This document shows, piece after piece, positions 1 through 12,829 of a stretch of DNA of 64,000 nucleotides. The first letter of the stretch is position 1, and every line of letters starts with the position of its first letter. Below the pieces are notes generated by a model. The model did not search any database. It saw only the letters and a list, made by a program, of their open reading frames with translations, and was not told the origin of the DNA. Origin of the DNA: Squalus acanthias (Eukaryota); NCBI GenBank assembly GCA_030390025.1, contig CM059431.1:138014001-138078000 (forward strand), written 5' to 3'. The translations under genes and the position numbers were made by a program.

Positions 1-1460
1 TATTCAATGACACAGCCTCCACAGCAATCTGTGGCAGAGAATTCCAAAGATTCACAACCTTCTGAGGGAATAAATTTCTCCTTTTCCCGTTTAAAATGGG
101 CGGCCCCTTATTTTGAAACTGTGCCCCCTACTTCTAGATTCCCCCAGGAGGCGAAACATCCTCTCTGTATCTACCCTGTCAATTCCCCTCAGAATCTTAT
201 AGGTTTCAATAAGATCACCTCTCATTCTTCTAAACTCCAGTGAGTATAATCCCAACCTGCGCAACCTTTCTTCATAAGACGACCCCCTCATTTCAGGAAT
301 CAACCTAGTCAACCTTCTATGAACTTCCTCCAATGCAAGTATATACATCCTTAAATAAGGAGACCAAAACTGTTCGTAGTCCTCCAGGTGTTGTCTCACC
401 AATGCCCTGTCCAGCTGTAGCATGACTTCCCTACTTTTATACTCCATCCCCTTGCAATAAAGGCCAACATTCCATTTGCTTTTCCAATTAATTGCTGTAC
501 ATGCATTCTAACTTTTTGTGTTTCATGTACAAAGAACCCCAGATACCTCTTTAGCGCAGCATTTTGTAGTCTCTCTCCATTTTAATAATAATTTGTATTT
601 TTATTTTTCCTACCAAAGTGGATAACCTCACATTTTCTTACATTATACTCCATCTCCCTTATGTTTGCCCATTCACTTAACCTATCTGTATCCCTTTGCA
701 GGCTTTTTGTGTCTTCCTCACAACTTGCTTTCCCACCTATCTTTGTAACATCAGCAAATTTGGCTACATTACACTCGATTCCTTCATCCAATCCGTTAAT
801 ATAGATTGTAAATAGTTGAGGCCTCCGCACTGATCCCTGTGACACCCCACTAGCTACAGTTTGCCAACCTAAAAATTCCCCATTTATCCTGATGTTTCTG
901 TTTCCTGTGAGTTAGCCAATCCTCCAACTATGCTAATATATTACCCCAACACCGTGAGCTCTTAACTTGGGCAGTAACCTTTTATGTGGCACCTTATCGA
1001 ATGCCTTCTGGAAATCCAAATAATCTACATCTACTGGTTCCCCTTTTTCCACCCTGCTCGTTACATCCTCAAAGAACTCCACCAAATTTGACAAACATGA
1101 TTTGCCTTTCATAAAACCCTGCTGAATCTGCTTGATTGTATTATGATTTTCTAAATATCCTGCTGCTAATTTCTTAATAATGGCCTCCAACATTTTCCCA
1201 ATGACAGATGTTAGGCTAACTGGTCTATAGTTTCCTGCTTTCTGTGTCCCTCCTTCTTGAATTGAGGCTTTACATTTCCGGTTTTCCAATACACTGGGAC
1301 CACTCCAAAATCCAGGGAATTTTGGTGGATTACAACTAATGCATCCACCATCTCTGCAGCCAATTTTTTGAAGACCATAGGATGCAGGCCATCAGGTACA
1401 GTGGACTTGTTCACATTTAGAACCATTAGTTTGCCTAGTACTTTTTCCTCTAGTGATAGT
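1..1460 (-). mobile_element. CR1-clade LINE, degraded ORF2 (RT and C-terminal region), running off the window edge
   Basis: Minus-strand ORF fragments with NYRPVSLTS, YLDFQKAFDKVPH, QGSV..PQLFTIYIN, KFAD and LYSLEFRRMRGDLIETYKI; frameshifted. Confidence 0.92.
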
Positions 1461-2231
1461 GCTCTGTAGAAAGGATCGGGAAACTGGAAGGGGAGGAAGG
1501 AAAGCCTAAATGATTAAAGGTATATTAAAGCATGTGTGAGAGAGGATATACGTAAGGTAAAGTAATCAGCTGGGAGGCTGTGTTGGGAATTGAGAAATAA
1601 GCAACTACTGAAAGCTTTAACGGGAGTTGTCTACAGGCTTCCCGATAGCAGCAATGAAGATACAGCATGTGTTAATTCAGAGATTAGAGAGGATTGTAGC
1701 AAAAGCAGGGTTGTGTTAATTGGAGACTTTAATTTTCAGCTAAAATGGGAAGAGCTCAAGTCGGAAAAGTAGTGAATATATTGAGTACATTCAAGATAGT
1801 TTTCTGGAGCAATATGTTGAAGAACCAACAAGATTTAGTACATTTAGTAATGAACAATGATCCAGTCTTAGTTAATAATATAACAGTAAGAGAACTATTA
1901 TCTAACAATGAGCATAATATGATCGATTGCAACGCTCGGATTTAAAGGAGAAACGTAACACAATTTTAAGAATCTCCATTTTGGTCACATGAACGGGAAG
2001 AGACAGAGACTGACGACAGCAATCTGGTCAAAATTGTTATCGAGTAAGACTACAGATGAACAGTGGGAGGTGTTCATAAAAGAATTTGGCTTAATACAGG
2101 GCTAGTATATACCCCTAAAGGGCAAAAGCTTTACTTACCAATTAAAACGGAAATGTTCGACAAAGAGTTGAGAGATAAATAAAATTACAGGAAATAGAGT
2201 TAAAAAGTGCAAAGAATAGTGTAGTTCCAGA
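1461..2231 (+). mobile_element. Old CR1 LINE, APE endonuclease region (5' piece of an element split by a nested CR1)
   Basis: GVVYRLPDS, VVLIGDFN and NEHNMI endonuclease motifs; continues at 3691. Confidence 0.8.
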
Positions 2232-3690
2232 AGGGGAGGTGCCTGAAGATTGGCAAATGTGACACCATTGTCCAAGAAAGGATATAAAGACAATCCTAGT
2301 AACTACAGGCCGGCCAGTTTAACATCACTGGTGGGTAAAGTTTTATAAATAATAACTAAGGGAAAAATTAACGGGCACTTGGAGAGGTTTAAACTAATTA
2401 AGGAGAGCAAACACGAATTTTTAAAAGGCAGATCGTCTTTGACTAATCTAATTGATTTTTTTTAATGAAATAACAGGGAGGATTGATGAAGGGAATGCAA
2501 TGGCTGTTGTCTACATGGATTTTCGGAAGGCGTTTGACAAAGTACCACATAGAAGGCTGGTTAACACAATTGAGGCTCATGGAATAGGTGGGTCAGTGGC
2601 AACTTTGATAAAGAATTGGCTTAAGGACAGAAAACAGCGAGTTCTGGTAAATAGCTGTTTATCAGAATGGACGATGGTCGACAGCGGTGTTCCCCAAGGG
2701 TCAGTGCTGGGGCCACTGCTTTTTTTGATATATATAATTGACCTGGATATTGGAATTCAGAGTAGAACTTCTTAATTTACCGATGACACCAAACTTTGGA
2801 GATTGTCAAACTGAGGATAATACCAATTGACTGCAACAGGACATAGAAACGCCAGCAGAATGGGATTCAAGTGGCAGATGGAATTTAATACAGAGAACTG
2901 TGGGGTGATTCATTTTGGCAAAAGGAACAGGGAGAGGCAATGTACACTTAATTGCACAGTTTTAAAGAGTGTGCAGGGACAGAGGGACCTGGGAGTTAAT
3001 GTGCATAGGTTCCTGAAGGTGGCAGGGCATAGCGAGAGAGTGGTTAACAAAGCATATGGCATCTTGGACTTCATAAACAGGGCTTTTGAATACAAAAGTA
3101 GAGAAGTTATGCTGAGCCTTTATAAAGCGCTGGTTAGGGCACAACTCGAGTATTGCGTCTAGTTCTGGTCACCACACTTTAGGAAGGATGTGAAGGCCCT
3201 TGAGAGGGTGCAGAGTAGATTCACCAGAATGGTTCCGGGGATGGGGGATCTTAGCTATAAAGACAGGTTGGAGAAGCTGGATTTGTTTTTATTAGAGCAA
3301 AGGAGGTTGCGGGGTGATTTGATAGATGTGTACAAGATTATGACGGGTTTGGATAGGCTAGACGGGGGAAGGCTGTTCCCACTAGTTGATGGTACAAGGA
3401 CTAGGGGACATAGATTTAAGGTTTTGGGCAAGAGATACAGGGGAGATGTGAGGAAAAACGTTTTTACGCAGCGAGTGGTGAGGACCTGGAACTCGCTGCC
3501 GTCGGAATTGGTGTAAGCGGAGACACTCAATTTTTTCAAGGGCAGACTGGATTGACACTTGAGGGAAATAAACTTGCAGGGCTACGGGGATAGAGCGGGG
3601 GAATGGGACTGACTGGGTTGCTCTACAGAGATACAGCAAGGACTCGATGTGGCGAATGGCCTCCTTCTGTGCAGTTATGACTCTATGATT
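2232..3690 (+). mobile_element. 5'-truncated CR1 LINE (RT to 3' end) nested in the older CR1
   Basis: [31 protein letters not shown] and RRLRGDLIDVYKI; CR1 3' end gaatggcctccttctgtg...ctctatgatt. Confidence 0.92.
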
Positions 3691-5682
3691 CGATAACAAC
3701 AAAGGAAGAAAAAAATGATAGTAAGAGCTTCAAAAAGGAGTACGAAAATAAACTTTTGTAGATTACCAAGAATAACACGAAACGTTTTTACAATTATATT
3801 AGAAGAAAAAGATATGGTCAAGGGTAATGAGATTAATTTAGAAATATATGTGGGTAATATTGCAAATGCAAATAATTATTAAGGTGTGTCTGTCTTCACA
3901 GTAGGGGAAGGGGATAATGTACCTAACATTCCAGCGAAACTAGTAATGAATCAAGGACTGGAACTCACTAAAGTTAACGTTTGCAAGAAAACAGTATTAC
4001 AAAAAATAAAGGCACTGAAATGGAAGACTTCCTCAGGACCTGAAGATTTCCTGCCAGAGTTTTAAAGAAAGTAGGTGAGTAAATTGCAGTTGTGTTAGCC
4101 ATAATCTTACAACGCAATCGGTATTCAGGAATTATCATTTTAGATTAGAAAATTATAGCTGTAACTCTACTATTTTAGAAAGTTGTGAGAAAGAAACCAG
4201 GAAATTATGGACCTTTTAGTTAACTTGTGTTACAGGGAATTTATTGGAATCTATAATTAATGACTGAGTGAGCACTCAGTCAATATTGAGCTGACTAGAG
4301 AGAGCCAACATAGATTTGTAATTAGTATGTCAGGTATAACGATACTAATTGATTTTATTGAGGAAGAAACTAAAGTGGTAGAGAGGGAAATGTACATGGA
4401 TGTAGTTTATATGGAATTCCAGGAGGCATTCGAGAAGCTTCTACAAAAGAGACATTTTGCTCAAATTAAAGTTCATGGATATGAAGGTAAATTAATGTCC
4501 TGGTTAGGACAGTGGTTAGGCCGCAGAAGAGAGTAGGAATAATGAGTATGTACTCTAATTGGACGGAAGTGACTAGTGGTGGTCCACAAGGATGTGTGCT
4601 GGGCCTTCTACTATTCACATTATTTATTAATGACTTATAAAAATATCAAGACCCACATATGCAAGTTTGTCGATGAAACAAAGACGGGTGACACAGCAAG
4701 TAATGTAGTCGGAGCATAAAATAACGAATAAATCTTGATAGATTGAGTGAGGGGCTCAACTGTGGCAGAAGGATTTCAATACACCTAAGTGTGTGAGTAT
4801 ACATTTTGAACCAAAACAGGATAGATCTGAGTATTTGTAAAATATAGGAACAGTGGAGGTCCTAAGAGATTTAGGGGTCCATGTGCACAGATTGCTAAAA
4901 TGTAATAGTCAGATAAAAAATAATCAAAACGGCTAATGGACTGACAGCAAATTGCAACCAGTGGGCTATACTATAAAGGGTAAGATGTTTTGCTACAGCT
5001 ATACAAAGCCCTGCTTAGGCCACATCTGAAGTACTGTGTACAGCGCGGGGAACCGCACATTAGAAAGGATATATTGATCCATGAAGGATTGGAGCGCAGA
5101 TTCACCAGAATGTTACTGGGGCTCCAAGGGTTAGATTATGTGGAGAGATTACATAAACTAGGCTTCTATTCCATGGAATATAGAAGGTTAACGGTTGAAA
5201 TAAATTGAGAATTTTAGGGTTTTGGATGGAATTGACAGGGTAGAGAGAAACATTTCCACTATTGGGCGATTCTAGGATAGGGGACATAAACATTCAATCA
5301 GAGCTGGGCATTTTAATAGAGAAGGTCGGAAATAATTCTTCAATAAAGGGTAGTGGAAGTGTGGAACTCTCTCTCACAAAATGCAGTACATTTGAATTGA
5401 ATGTTGGAAAACCCGAACTTCTCCACCTAGAGATCGCAAAATCGTTGTGTGAAGCTTAATTCCGGGCCAGCGGCGAATGCCTTCACTTCGCCACTGATTG
5501 AAAATTCTGGGCCAATAAGTTTAAATCAGAGATCGATAGGTTTTTGCTTGCCAAGGGTATCCAAGTATATCGAGCGGGAGCGGGTAGATATGGTTAGGGT
5601 ACCGATCAGCCGTGGTGTAATTGAATGGTGAAGCAGGCTGACGGGGATGAATGGTCTACTCCTGTTGTTATGGTTCTATGTT
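3691..5682 (+). mobile_element. Old CR1 LINE, 3' piece (tether, RT, 3' UTR)
   Basis: MDVVYMEFQEAFEK and LYKALLRPHLKYCVQ; ends gaatggtctactcctgtt...ttctatgtt; small unrelated insert at about 5400-5512. Confidence 0.85.
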
Positions 5683-6073
5683 AAACAGCCACACCCTCCA
5701 TCACTGGCGCACCGTCTCCGCAGTGTGGACTAGCTTCAGGAAGAACTGCAGCAACTCGCCAAGGCTTCTTGCACAGCACCTCCAAAACTCGCAATCATTA
5801 CTGCCTAGTAGAAGGATAGCAGACAGCTTGGGAACACTATCGCGTCCAGGATCCCATTCAATAACACAACATAGTGACTTGGACATATATCACCGTTCCC
5901 TCATCGGGTAAAAATCATGGAAATGCGTACTTAACAATACTGAGGAAGCACCTTCACCATATGGACTGCAGCGCTTCAAGAAGACAGCTCACATCATCTT
6001 TTCAAGGGCAGCTATAGATGGGCAATCATTGCTGGCCTTCCCTGTGACGCCCACTCTGACGCATTAATTTAAA
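5683..6073 (+). mobile_element. LINE family B 3' end fragment
   Basis: HTLHHWRTVSAV..CSNSPRLL matches 51220-51600; tail caagggca...gctggccttcc..gacgcccac. Confidence 0.8.
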
Positions 6074-6199
6074 AGTCGGTGTAAATTTTGCTATTTATAC
6101 CCATGGTATTACCTTACAACCGATGAGGTAGAAGTTCATTGTTTGATTTTAGCAAGTCGCAGATTTGGAATTTGAACTGATCCTTGCCCTGTCCAGATC

Positions 6200-6480
6200 C
6201 TTGTGGAAGTATTTATTTCCCCAGAGAAGAGAGGACGCCGACTCTCTGAAATCCCTCAAGGGAGACCTGGACCTGTTTCTGTCTGGGGTGGAGATCCCGG
6301 CTTACAAAAGGGAGGTACTGCCGGGAATCCAGGACCAGAGGGATCACCTGGAGTAGTTTCAATCGCCTAGATGGGTCGCGGAGGAATTTCCCAGAATTTT
6401 TTCCCCAAATTGGCCTGGGTTTCTAGATGGGTTTTGGTCTCTCACAAGAAGTCACATGGTTTTGAATAGGGTGGAGAGTG
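6200..6480 (+). mobile_element. Degraded CR1-like 3' end
   Basis: ADSLKSLKGDLDLFL resembles the CR1 ORF2 C-terminus, followed by UTR-like sequence. Confidence 0.45.
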
Positions 6481-6509
6481 AACAACATTCAGACCTGGGC
6501 TGATAAACG

Positions 6510-7415
6510 CTACTTTGATGACAAGGGCATGCGCTCTCACCTCATCTGTTAAATTCAGGTCTTTATTTCATGTTTGTTCCAAGGCTGTAATGAGCTCTGG
6601 AGCCGAATGGTCCTGGCGGATCCCAAACTGAGCATTGGTGAGCAGTTTATTGGTGAGTAAGTGCCGCTTGATAGCACTGTCGACCACACCTTCCATCATT
6701 TTGCTGATGATTGAGTGTAGACTGATCGGGCGGTGATTGGCCGCATTGGATTTGTCCTGCTTTTTGTGGACAGGGCATACCTGGGCAATTTGCCACTTTG
6801 TCGGGTATATGCTGGTGTTGTAGCTTTACTGGATCAGCTTGGCTGCAGGCGTGACTAGTTCTGGATCACAAGTATTCAGAACTACAGCCGGGTTGTTGTC
6901 GCTGCCCATAGACTTAATTTATCCAGTGCGCTGAGCACTTGCTTGATATCACGAGGAGTAAATGTAATTTGCTGAAAAGTGACATTTGTAATGTTGGGGA
7001 CCTCAGGAGGAGGCCGAGATGAATCATGCACACGGCACTTCTGGCTGAAGATGGTTGCAAACTCTTAAGCCTTGTATTTTGCACTCACGTGCTGGGCTCT
7101 GCCACCATTGAGAATGGAGATGTTCATGGAGCCTTCCCCTGCGGTTAGATGTTTAATGGTTCACCACCATTCATGACTGGATCTGGCAGGACTGCAGAAC
7201 TTTGATCTGATCCATTGGTTGTGGGGTTGCTTAGCTCACTCTGTAGCATGAGGCACCTCTATTTAGCATGCATTCAGACCTGTGTTTTAGCTTCCCAGGT
7301 TGACACCACATTTTCAGGTACGCCTGCTGTTGCTCCTGGCATGCTCATCTACGCTCTTCATTGAACCTTGAATGTTCCCCTGACTTGATGGTAATGGCAG
7401 AGTGATGGCTATGCC
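6510..7415 (-). mobile_element. LINE family B internal fragment
   Basis: Reverse complement aligns by eye to 48450-50510 (excluding the LTR). Confidence 0.8.
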
Positions 7416-7544
7416 GTGCCATTATAAGATTCCAAAGGGATCCTTTTTCCAAATGATTCGTTGAAACGTACTGGGGCATTAATTTATCATTATGCAGAAC
7501 AAGTAGGACATTATACATTACAGTATTCGAGCAGCAGTTTGCAG

Positions 7545-8768
7545 AGGACACTTGAGACTTATATAAAGGGGAACCGATGGATATACTGTACTTAGATTTC
7601 CAGAAGGCATTTGATAAGGTGACAATATTGCGGAAAATAAAAGCTCATGGTGTAGGGGGTAACATATTGGCATGAATAGAAGATTGGCTAGCTAACAGGA
7701 AACAGAGAGTAGGCAGAAATGCGTCATGTTCTGGTTGACAATATGTAACGAGTAGTGTGCCACAGGGCTCAGTGCTGGGGCCTCAACATTTTACAATTTA
7801 TATAAATGACTTGGATGATGGGACCGAAGGTATGGACGCTAAATTTGCTGATAATAGGTCGGAAAGTAAATTGTGAAGAGGACATAAAGAGGCTACACAC
7901 GTTTATAAATAGATTAAGTGAATGGGCAAAGATCTGGCAAATGGAGTGTAATGAGGAAAAATGTGAAATTGTCCATTTTGGCAGGAAGATTAAAGAAGAA
8001 ATATATTATCTAAATGGTGAGAGATTGCAGAGCTCTGAGGTGCAAAGGGATCTGGGTGTCCTAGTGCATGAATCGCAAAAAGGTAGGTATGCAGGTACAG
8101 CGAGTGACTAGAAAGCTAATATAATGTTATAGTTTATTGCGAGGGGAATTAAATACAAAAGTAGGGAGGTTATGCTTCAGTTATACAGGGCATTGGTGAG
8201 ACCATATCTGCAGTACTGTGGACAGTACTGGTCTCCCTATTTAAACAAGGATATAAATGCGTTGGAAGCAGTTCAGAGAAGGTTTACTAGACTGTACCTG
8301 GAATGGGTGGGTTTTGTTAAGAGGAATGATTGGAGAGGCTGGGCTTGTATCCGCTGGAGTTTAGAAGAGCAAGAGGTGACTTGATTGAAACATATAAGAT
8401 CCTGAGATGTCTTGACAGGGTGGATTTGGAGAGGATGTTTCCACTTGTGGGAGAATCTAGAACTAGTGGTAACTGTTTAAATGTAAGGGATCGCCCATTT
8501 AAGACAGAGATGAGGTGAATTTATTTCTCACAGAGGGTCGCGAGTCTTTGGAACTCTCTGTTCCTCAGAGGCCGGTGGAATCAGTGTTTTTGAATATTTT
8601 TAAGGCAGAGGTAAATAGATTCTTCATTTGCAAGGGGGTGAGAGGTTATTGTGGGAAGGCGGGAATGTTGAGTAATCAGATCAACGATGATCTTATTGAA
8701 TGGCGGTGCAGGCTCGACGGGCCGAGTGGCCTACTCCTGCTCCTAATTTGAATGTTTGTATGTTCGTA
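7545..8768 (+). mobile_element. 5'-truncated CR1 LINE
   Basis: LDFQKAFDKV, WAKIWQMECNEEKC and LEFRRARGDLIETYKI; CR1 3' end ggcctactcctgctcct. Confidence 0.9.
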
Positions 8769-8945
8769 CAAACCCGTTATCATTTGGGTAGAAGCACAAC
8801 CGTGATTAAGCAGCATCCTGTGTCTCTGGTCCCTCTTCTCTCTTTGTCTCCCGCGTGTCTCCTTGAATCTTCCTGAAATCTTCTACAATGTGTGGCTGGT
8901 AAGATCCCCTTGTAATGCCCTTACTCTCATTCAAAACCTTTCGAA

Positions 8946-9132
8946 GGGCTAGAAATTCGTCCCCGGGCGGTGACGAATAACGGGCGATATCGGATCGGCC
9001 ACCCGTTAGACACAGCGCCTGAAATTCAGATCCATTGACTGCAATAGAACTGAATATCAGGCGCTGCGTATAACTGGCGGCCGATCCGATACCGCCCGTT
9101 TTCCCCCTACGTCCGAGACGAATTTTTAGGCC
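8946..9132. mobile_element. Palindromic MITE (about 187 bp fold-back element)
   Basis: Left arm gggctagaaattcgtc...cgatatcggatcggcc..gtta..cagcgcctgaaattcag pairs with the right arm across the whole length, centred near 9039. Confidence 0.75.
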
Positions 9133-9679
9133 ATGGAGTCTTACTGAACCAAACGCTGGCTTACACCCAAACACTCCAATCCAAACACAGAGATTCCACG
9201 TCCGCAGCAACTTGGCTTACGCAGGTTCAACACTTATGACACACTTACATCATCTGTTTTTGACCATGAAGACTCATATTTGGGGTAGTTATGGCAACAC
9301 AACGGAACATGTCTCCAGAGTGCAGAGATATGGCGTCCTTGCTGTTTGTCTGAAAGGCTTATGTTTTAGTTTCACTGCAGACATCATAACATTGCAACAC
9401 AGGGGCAGCTACACCTGACCTTGCTTCCCCGGCTAGCTGCTCTATATATCTCATCCTTACTGTGGCTAATGTTCACCTTTCACCTACAGCCTCCCTATTC
9501 GGCGATAGCAATCCTTTTTCTCACCCAGGCTTTATGGATGCAGTTAACTCACAGAGTTTTATGTGTAAGCAAAATGATTACATGTCATATATAATTCAGG
9601 TTACCATTGCATAAATATGATGATAACAGATTTCTACATTTAATTCATACACACGATTATAACCTCATGACAGATGATT

Positions 9680-10702
9680 GGACTGGAGGCAGTTATACAG
9701 CGTTGTTCCCCAGAGATCATGTACTAGGACAACTGCTTTTCTTGATATATATTAATGACTTGGACTTGTGTATACAGGGAACAATTTCTAAATTTGCAGC
9801 TGACACAAAACTTTCAAGTATAGTGAACAGTGAGTAGGATAGTGATAGACTTCACGAAGACATAGACAGGCTGGTGAAATGGACGGACACGTGGCAGATG
9901 AAAGTTAACGCAGGAAAGTGCGATGTGTTACATTTTGTTAGGAAGAACGTGGAGAGGCAACATAAACTAAAGGGTACAATTCTAAAGTAGGTGCATGAAT
10001 AGAGAGACCTGAGGGTATATGTGCTCAAATAGTTGAAGCTGGAAGGGCAGGTTGAGAAAGCGGTTAAAGAAACATACGGAATCCTGGGCTTCATAAATAG
10101 AGGCATAGAGTACAATAGCAAGGAAGTTATAATGAAAATTTATAAAACACTGGTTCGGCATAAACTGGAATATTTGTCTAATTCTGGGCGCCGCACTTCA
10201 GCAAGACTGTGAAGGCCTTAGAGATGTTGCAGAAAATAATTCCGAGAATAATCCAGTGACGAGGGACTTCAGTTACGTGGATAGACTAGAAACACTAGGG
10301 TCGTTCTCCTTTCAGCAGAGATGGTTGAAAGGAGATTTGACAGATATATTCAAAATTATGAGTTGTCTAGACAGAGTAGATAGTGAGAAACTGGTCCCAT
10401 GGGCTTAAGGGTCGAGAACCAGAAGACACAGATTTAAGGTGATTGGCAAAAGAAACAAAAGCGACATGAGAAATAACTTTTTTATGCAGCGATTGGTTAG
10501 GATATGGAATGCTGGTGGAGGCAGACTCAATCGAGGCTTTCCAAATGGAATTGGGTAAGTACCTGAAGGAAAACAATTGCAGACTACGATGAAAGGACGG
10601 ACGAGAGGGACTAGCTGAAGTGCGCTTGCAGAGAGCCAGCACGGGCTCGATGGGCCGAATGGCCACCTTCTGTTCTGCAACCATTCTATGATTCTATGAT
10701 TA
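9680..10702 (+). mobile_element. 5'-truncated CR1 LINE
   Basis: LLFLIYINDLD..ISKFAADTKL; 3' tail (attctatg)n. Confidence 0.9.
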
Positions 10703-10766
10703 TAGATATTTATTATTATAAGATGTTAAATCAATATTCTAAAATCAAATTAATCCATGATAATCT

Positions 10767-11462
10767 TGCACCATGACTTTACAGATTGTGGTGGTATACA
10801 ATTTTATTGCTGCTGATGGCCCACAGTGCCTCGTAGAAGCTACGTTTTGAGCTGCTAAATCTGTTCTGAATCATTTAGCAAGGTGGTAGTGCCACACAAC
10901 ACATTGGAGGTTGTTCACAGTGTATAGACGGCACTTCGTCTCGACAAGAACTGTGCGGTGGTCACTCCTAAATATACTGCCAAGAACAGATGCCTGTGCG
11001 ACAGGTAGATTGTTGAGGACGAGTTCAAGTAGGTTTTTCCTCGTGTTATTTCTCTCACAACCTGCCCCAAGCTACGTCTGGCAGCTATGTACTTCTGGAG
11101 TCGGCCAACTCGGTCAGTAGTGGTGCTACTGAGACAGATTTGGTTTTGGACATTTAAGTCCGCCTTCCAGAGAACACGCTATGACATTGCTACCCTCAGT
11201 GCTTCTTCCAAGTGGTGTTCAACATGAAAGAGTACTGATTCATCACTGACGGAGGCCAGTAGGTGGCAATCAGCAGGAGGATTCCTTGCCCATGATTGAC
11301 CTGATGGCAAGAGACTGCATGAGGTCCGATGTCAATGTAGAATGCTCCCAGTACAACACGTTCACGACTGTATACCACTGTGCTGGCACCTCTTGGAGGT
11401 TTGTCCTGCTGGTGGGACAGCAGATACCCAGGGATGGTGATGGAGGAGCCTTGGACGTTGGC
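10767..11462 (-). mobile_element. LINE family B endonuclease fragment
   Basis: SITIPGYLLSHQQDKPPRG and GILLLIATYWPPS; homologous to 47760-48440. Confidence 0.8.
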
Positions 11463-11477
11463 TGCCGGACTGAGCTT

Positions 11478-12633
11478 TTGGCAGGTGGTGAGAGAACAAT
11501 CATGAGGGAAAAAACTACTTGACCTCATCCTTACCATCTACTTGTTGTAGATGCATCTGAGCATGACAGCAATGGTAGCAGTGACCAGCGCACAGACCTT
11601 TGGAGATGGAATCCCGTGCTAAATGGAATAGATTCAGAAAAGATCTAGCAGCTCAAAGCTGGGCTCCGTGAGGCGCGAGGGCCATTAGCAGCAGCAGATT
11701 TGTATTCCACCTCAATCTGTAAACTCATGGTGCGGCATATCACTCACTCTGCTGTTACTATCAAGCCAGGGGGCCAACCTGGTTCAATGAAGAGTGTAGA
11801 AGAACATACCAGGAGCAGCACCAGGCGTATCTTAAAAATGAGCTTCCAACCTTGGGAAGCTGAAACACAGGACAACATGCATGCTAAACAACGGAAGCAC
11901 ATTGCTGTAGACAGAGCTCAGTGATCCCACACCTAACGCATCAGATAAAGTTCTGCAGTCCTGCCACATCCAATCTTTAATGACGGTGAATAATTAAACA
12001 AATACTAGGAAAGGATGCTCCATTAATATCCCTATCCTTAATGACGACGGAGCCAAGCATGGGAGTGCAAAAGAAAAAGCTGAAGCATTCGCAGCCATCT
12101 CCAGCCAGAATTGCCGAGTGGATGATCCATCTCGGCCTGCTCCTGAGGTCGCCACCATCACAATGTCAGTTTCAGCCAATTCGATTCACTCCACGTGACA
12201 TAAAAAAACGACTGAGCGCGCTGGTTACAGCAAAGTCTGTGGCCCGACAGCCTCCGGGCTGTGGTGCTGCAGATTTGTGATCCAGATCTAGCTGCACTTC
12301 TAGACAAGTTGTTTTAGTACAACTACAACACTGGCATCTACCGACATAGTGAAAAATTACCCCGGAATGTCCTGTCCACAAAAAGCAGGAGAAATCAAAT
12401 TCGGCCCAATTACCGCCTCATCACGTTACTCTCAACTATCAGCAAAGTGATGGAAGGTGTCGTCGCCATTGCTATCAAGCGTCCCTTGCTGATCAATAAC
12501 CTGCTATCCGATGCTCAGTTTGGGATCCGCCACGATCACGTGGCTCCAGATCTCATTACAGCTTTGTACAAATATGGAATAAAGACTGTCCTTGACAGCG
12601 ACACCAACATCCCGTGAACAAATAAAAAAAAAA
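11478..12633 (+). mobile_element. LINE family B copy with a large internal deletion and poly(A) tail
   Basis: Homologous to 48135-50510, then jumps directly to the terminal gacaccaacatcccgtgaacaaataaaaaaaaaa. Confidence 0.82.
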
Positions 12634-12829
12634 GTCAGCAGCAGTAAAAGTAGAGAGGAATCACCACCCAATAGCTTAGAGTATTGTTACCAGCAGTAAC
12701 ATTTGGGAAGAGTCACTATCAACAATATTACAATCGGATCCCCACGAACAATGATAGATTAGGGTCACCTACAGTAATATTAGAGCCAAGTAAGCACCAG
12801 TAATATGATCATAGATTCACAAGCAGTAA

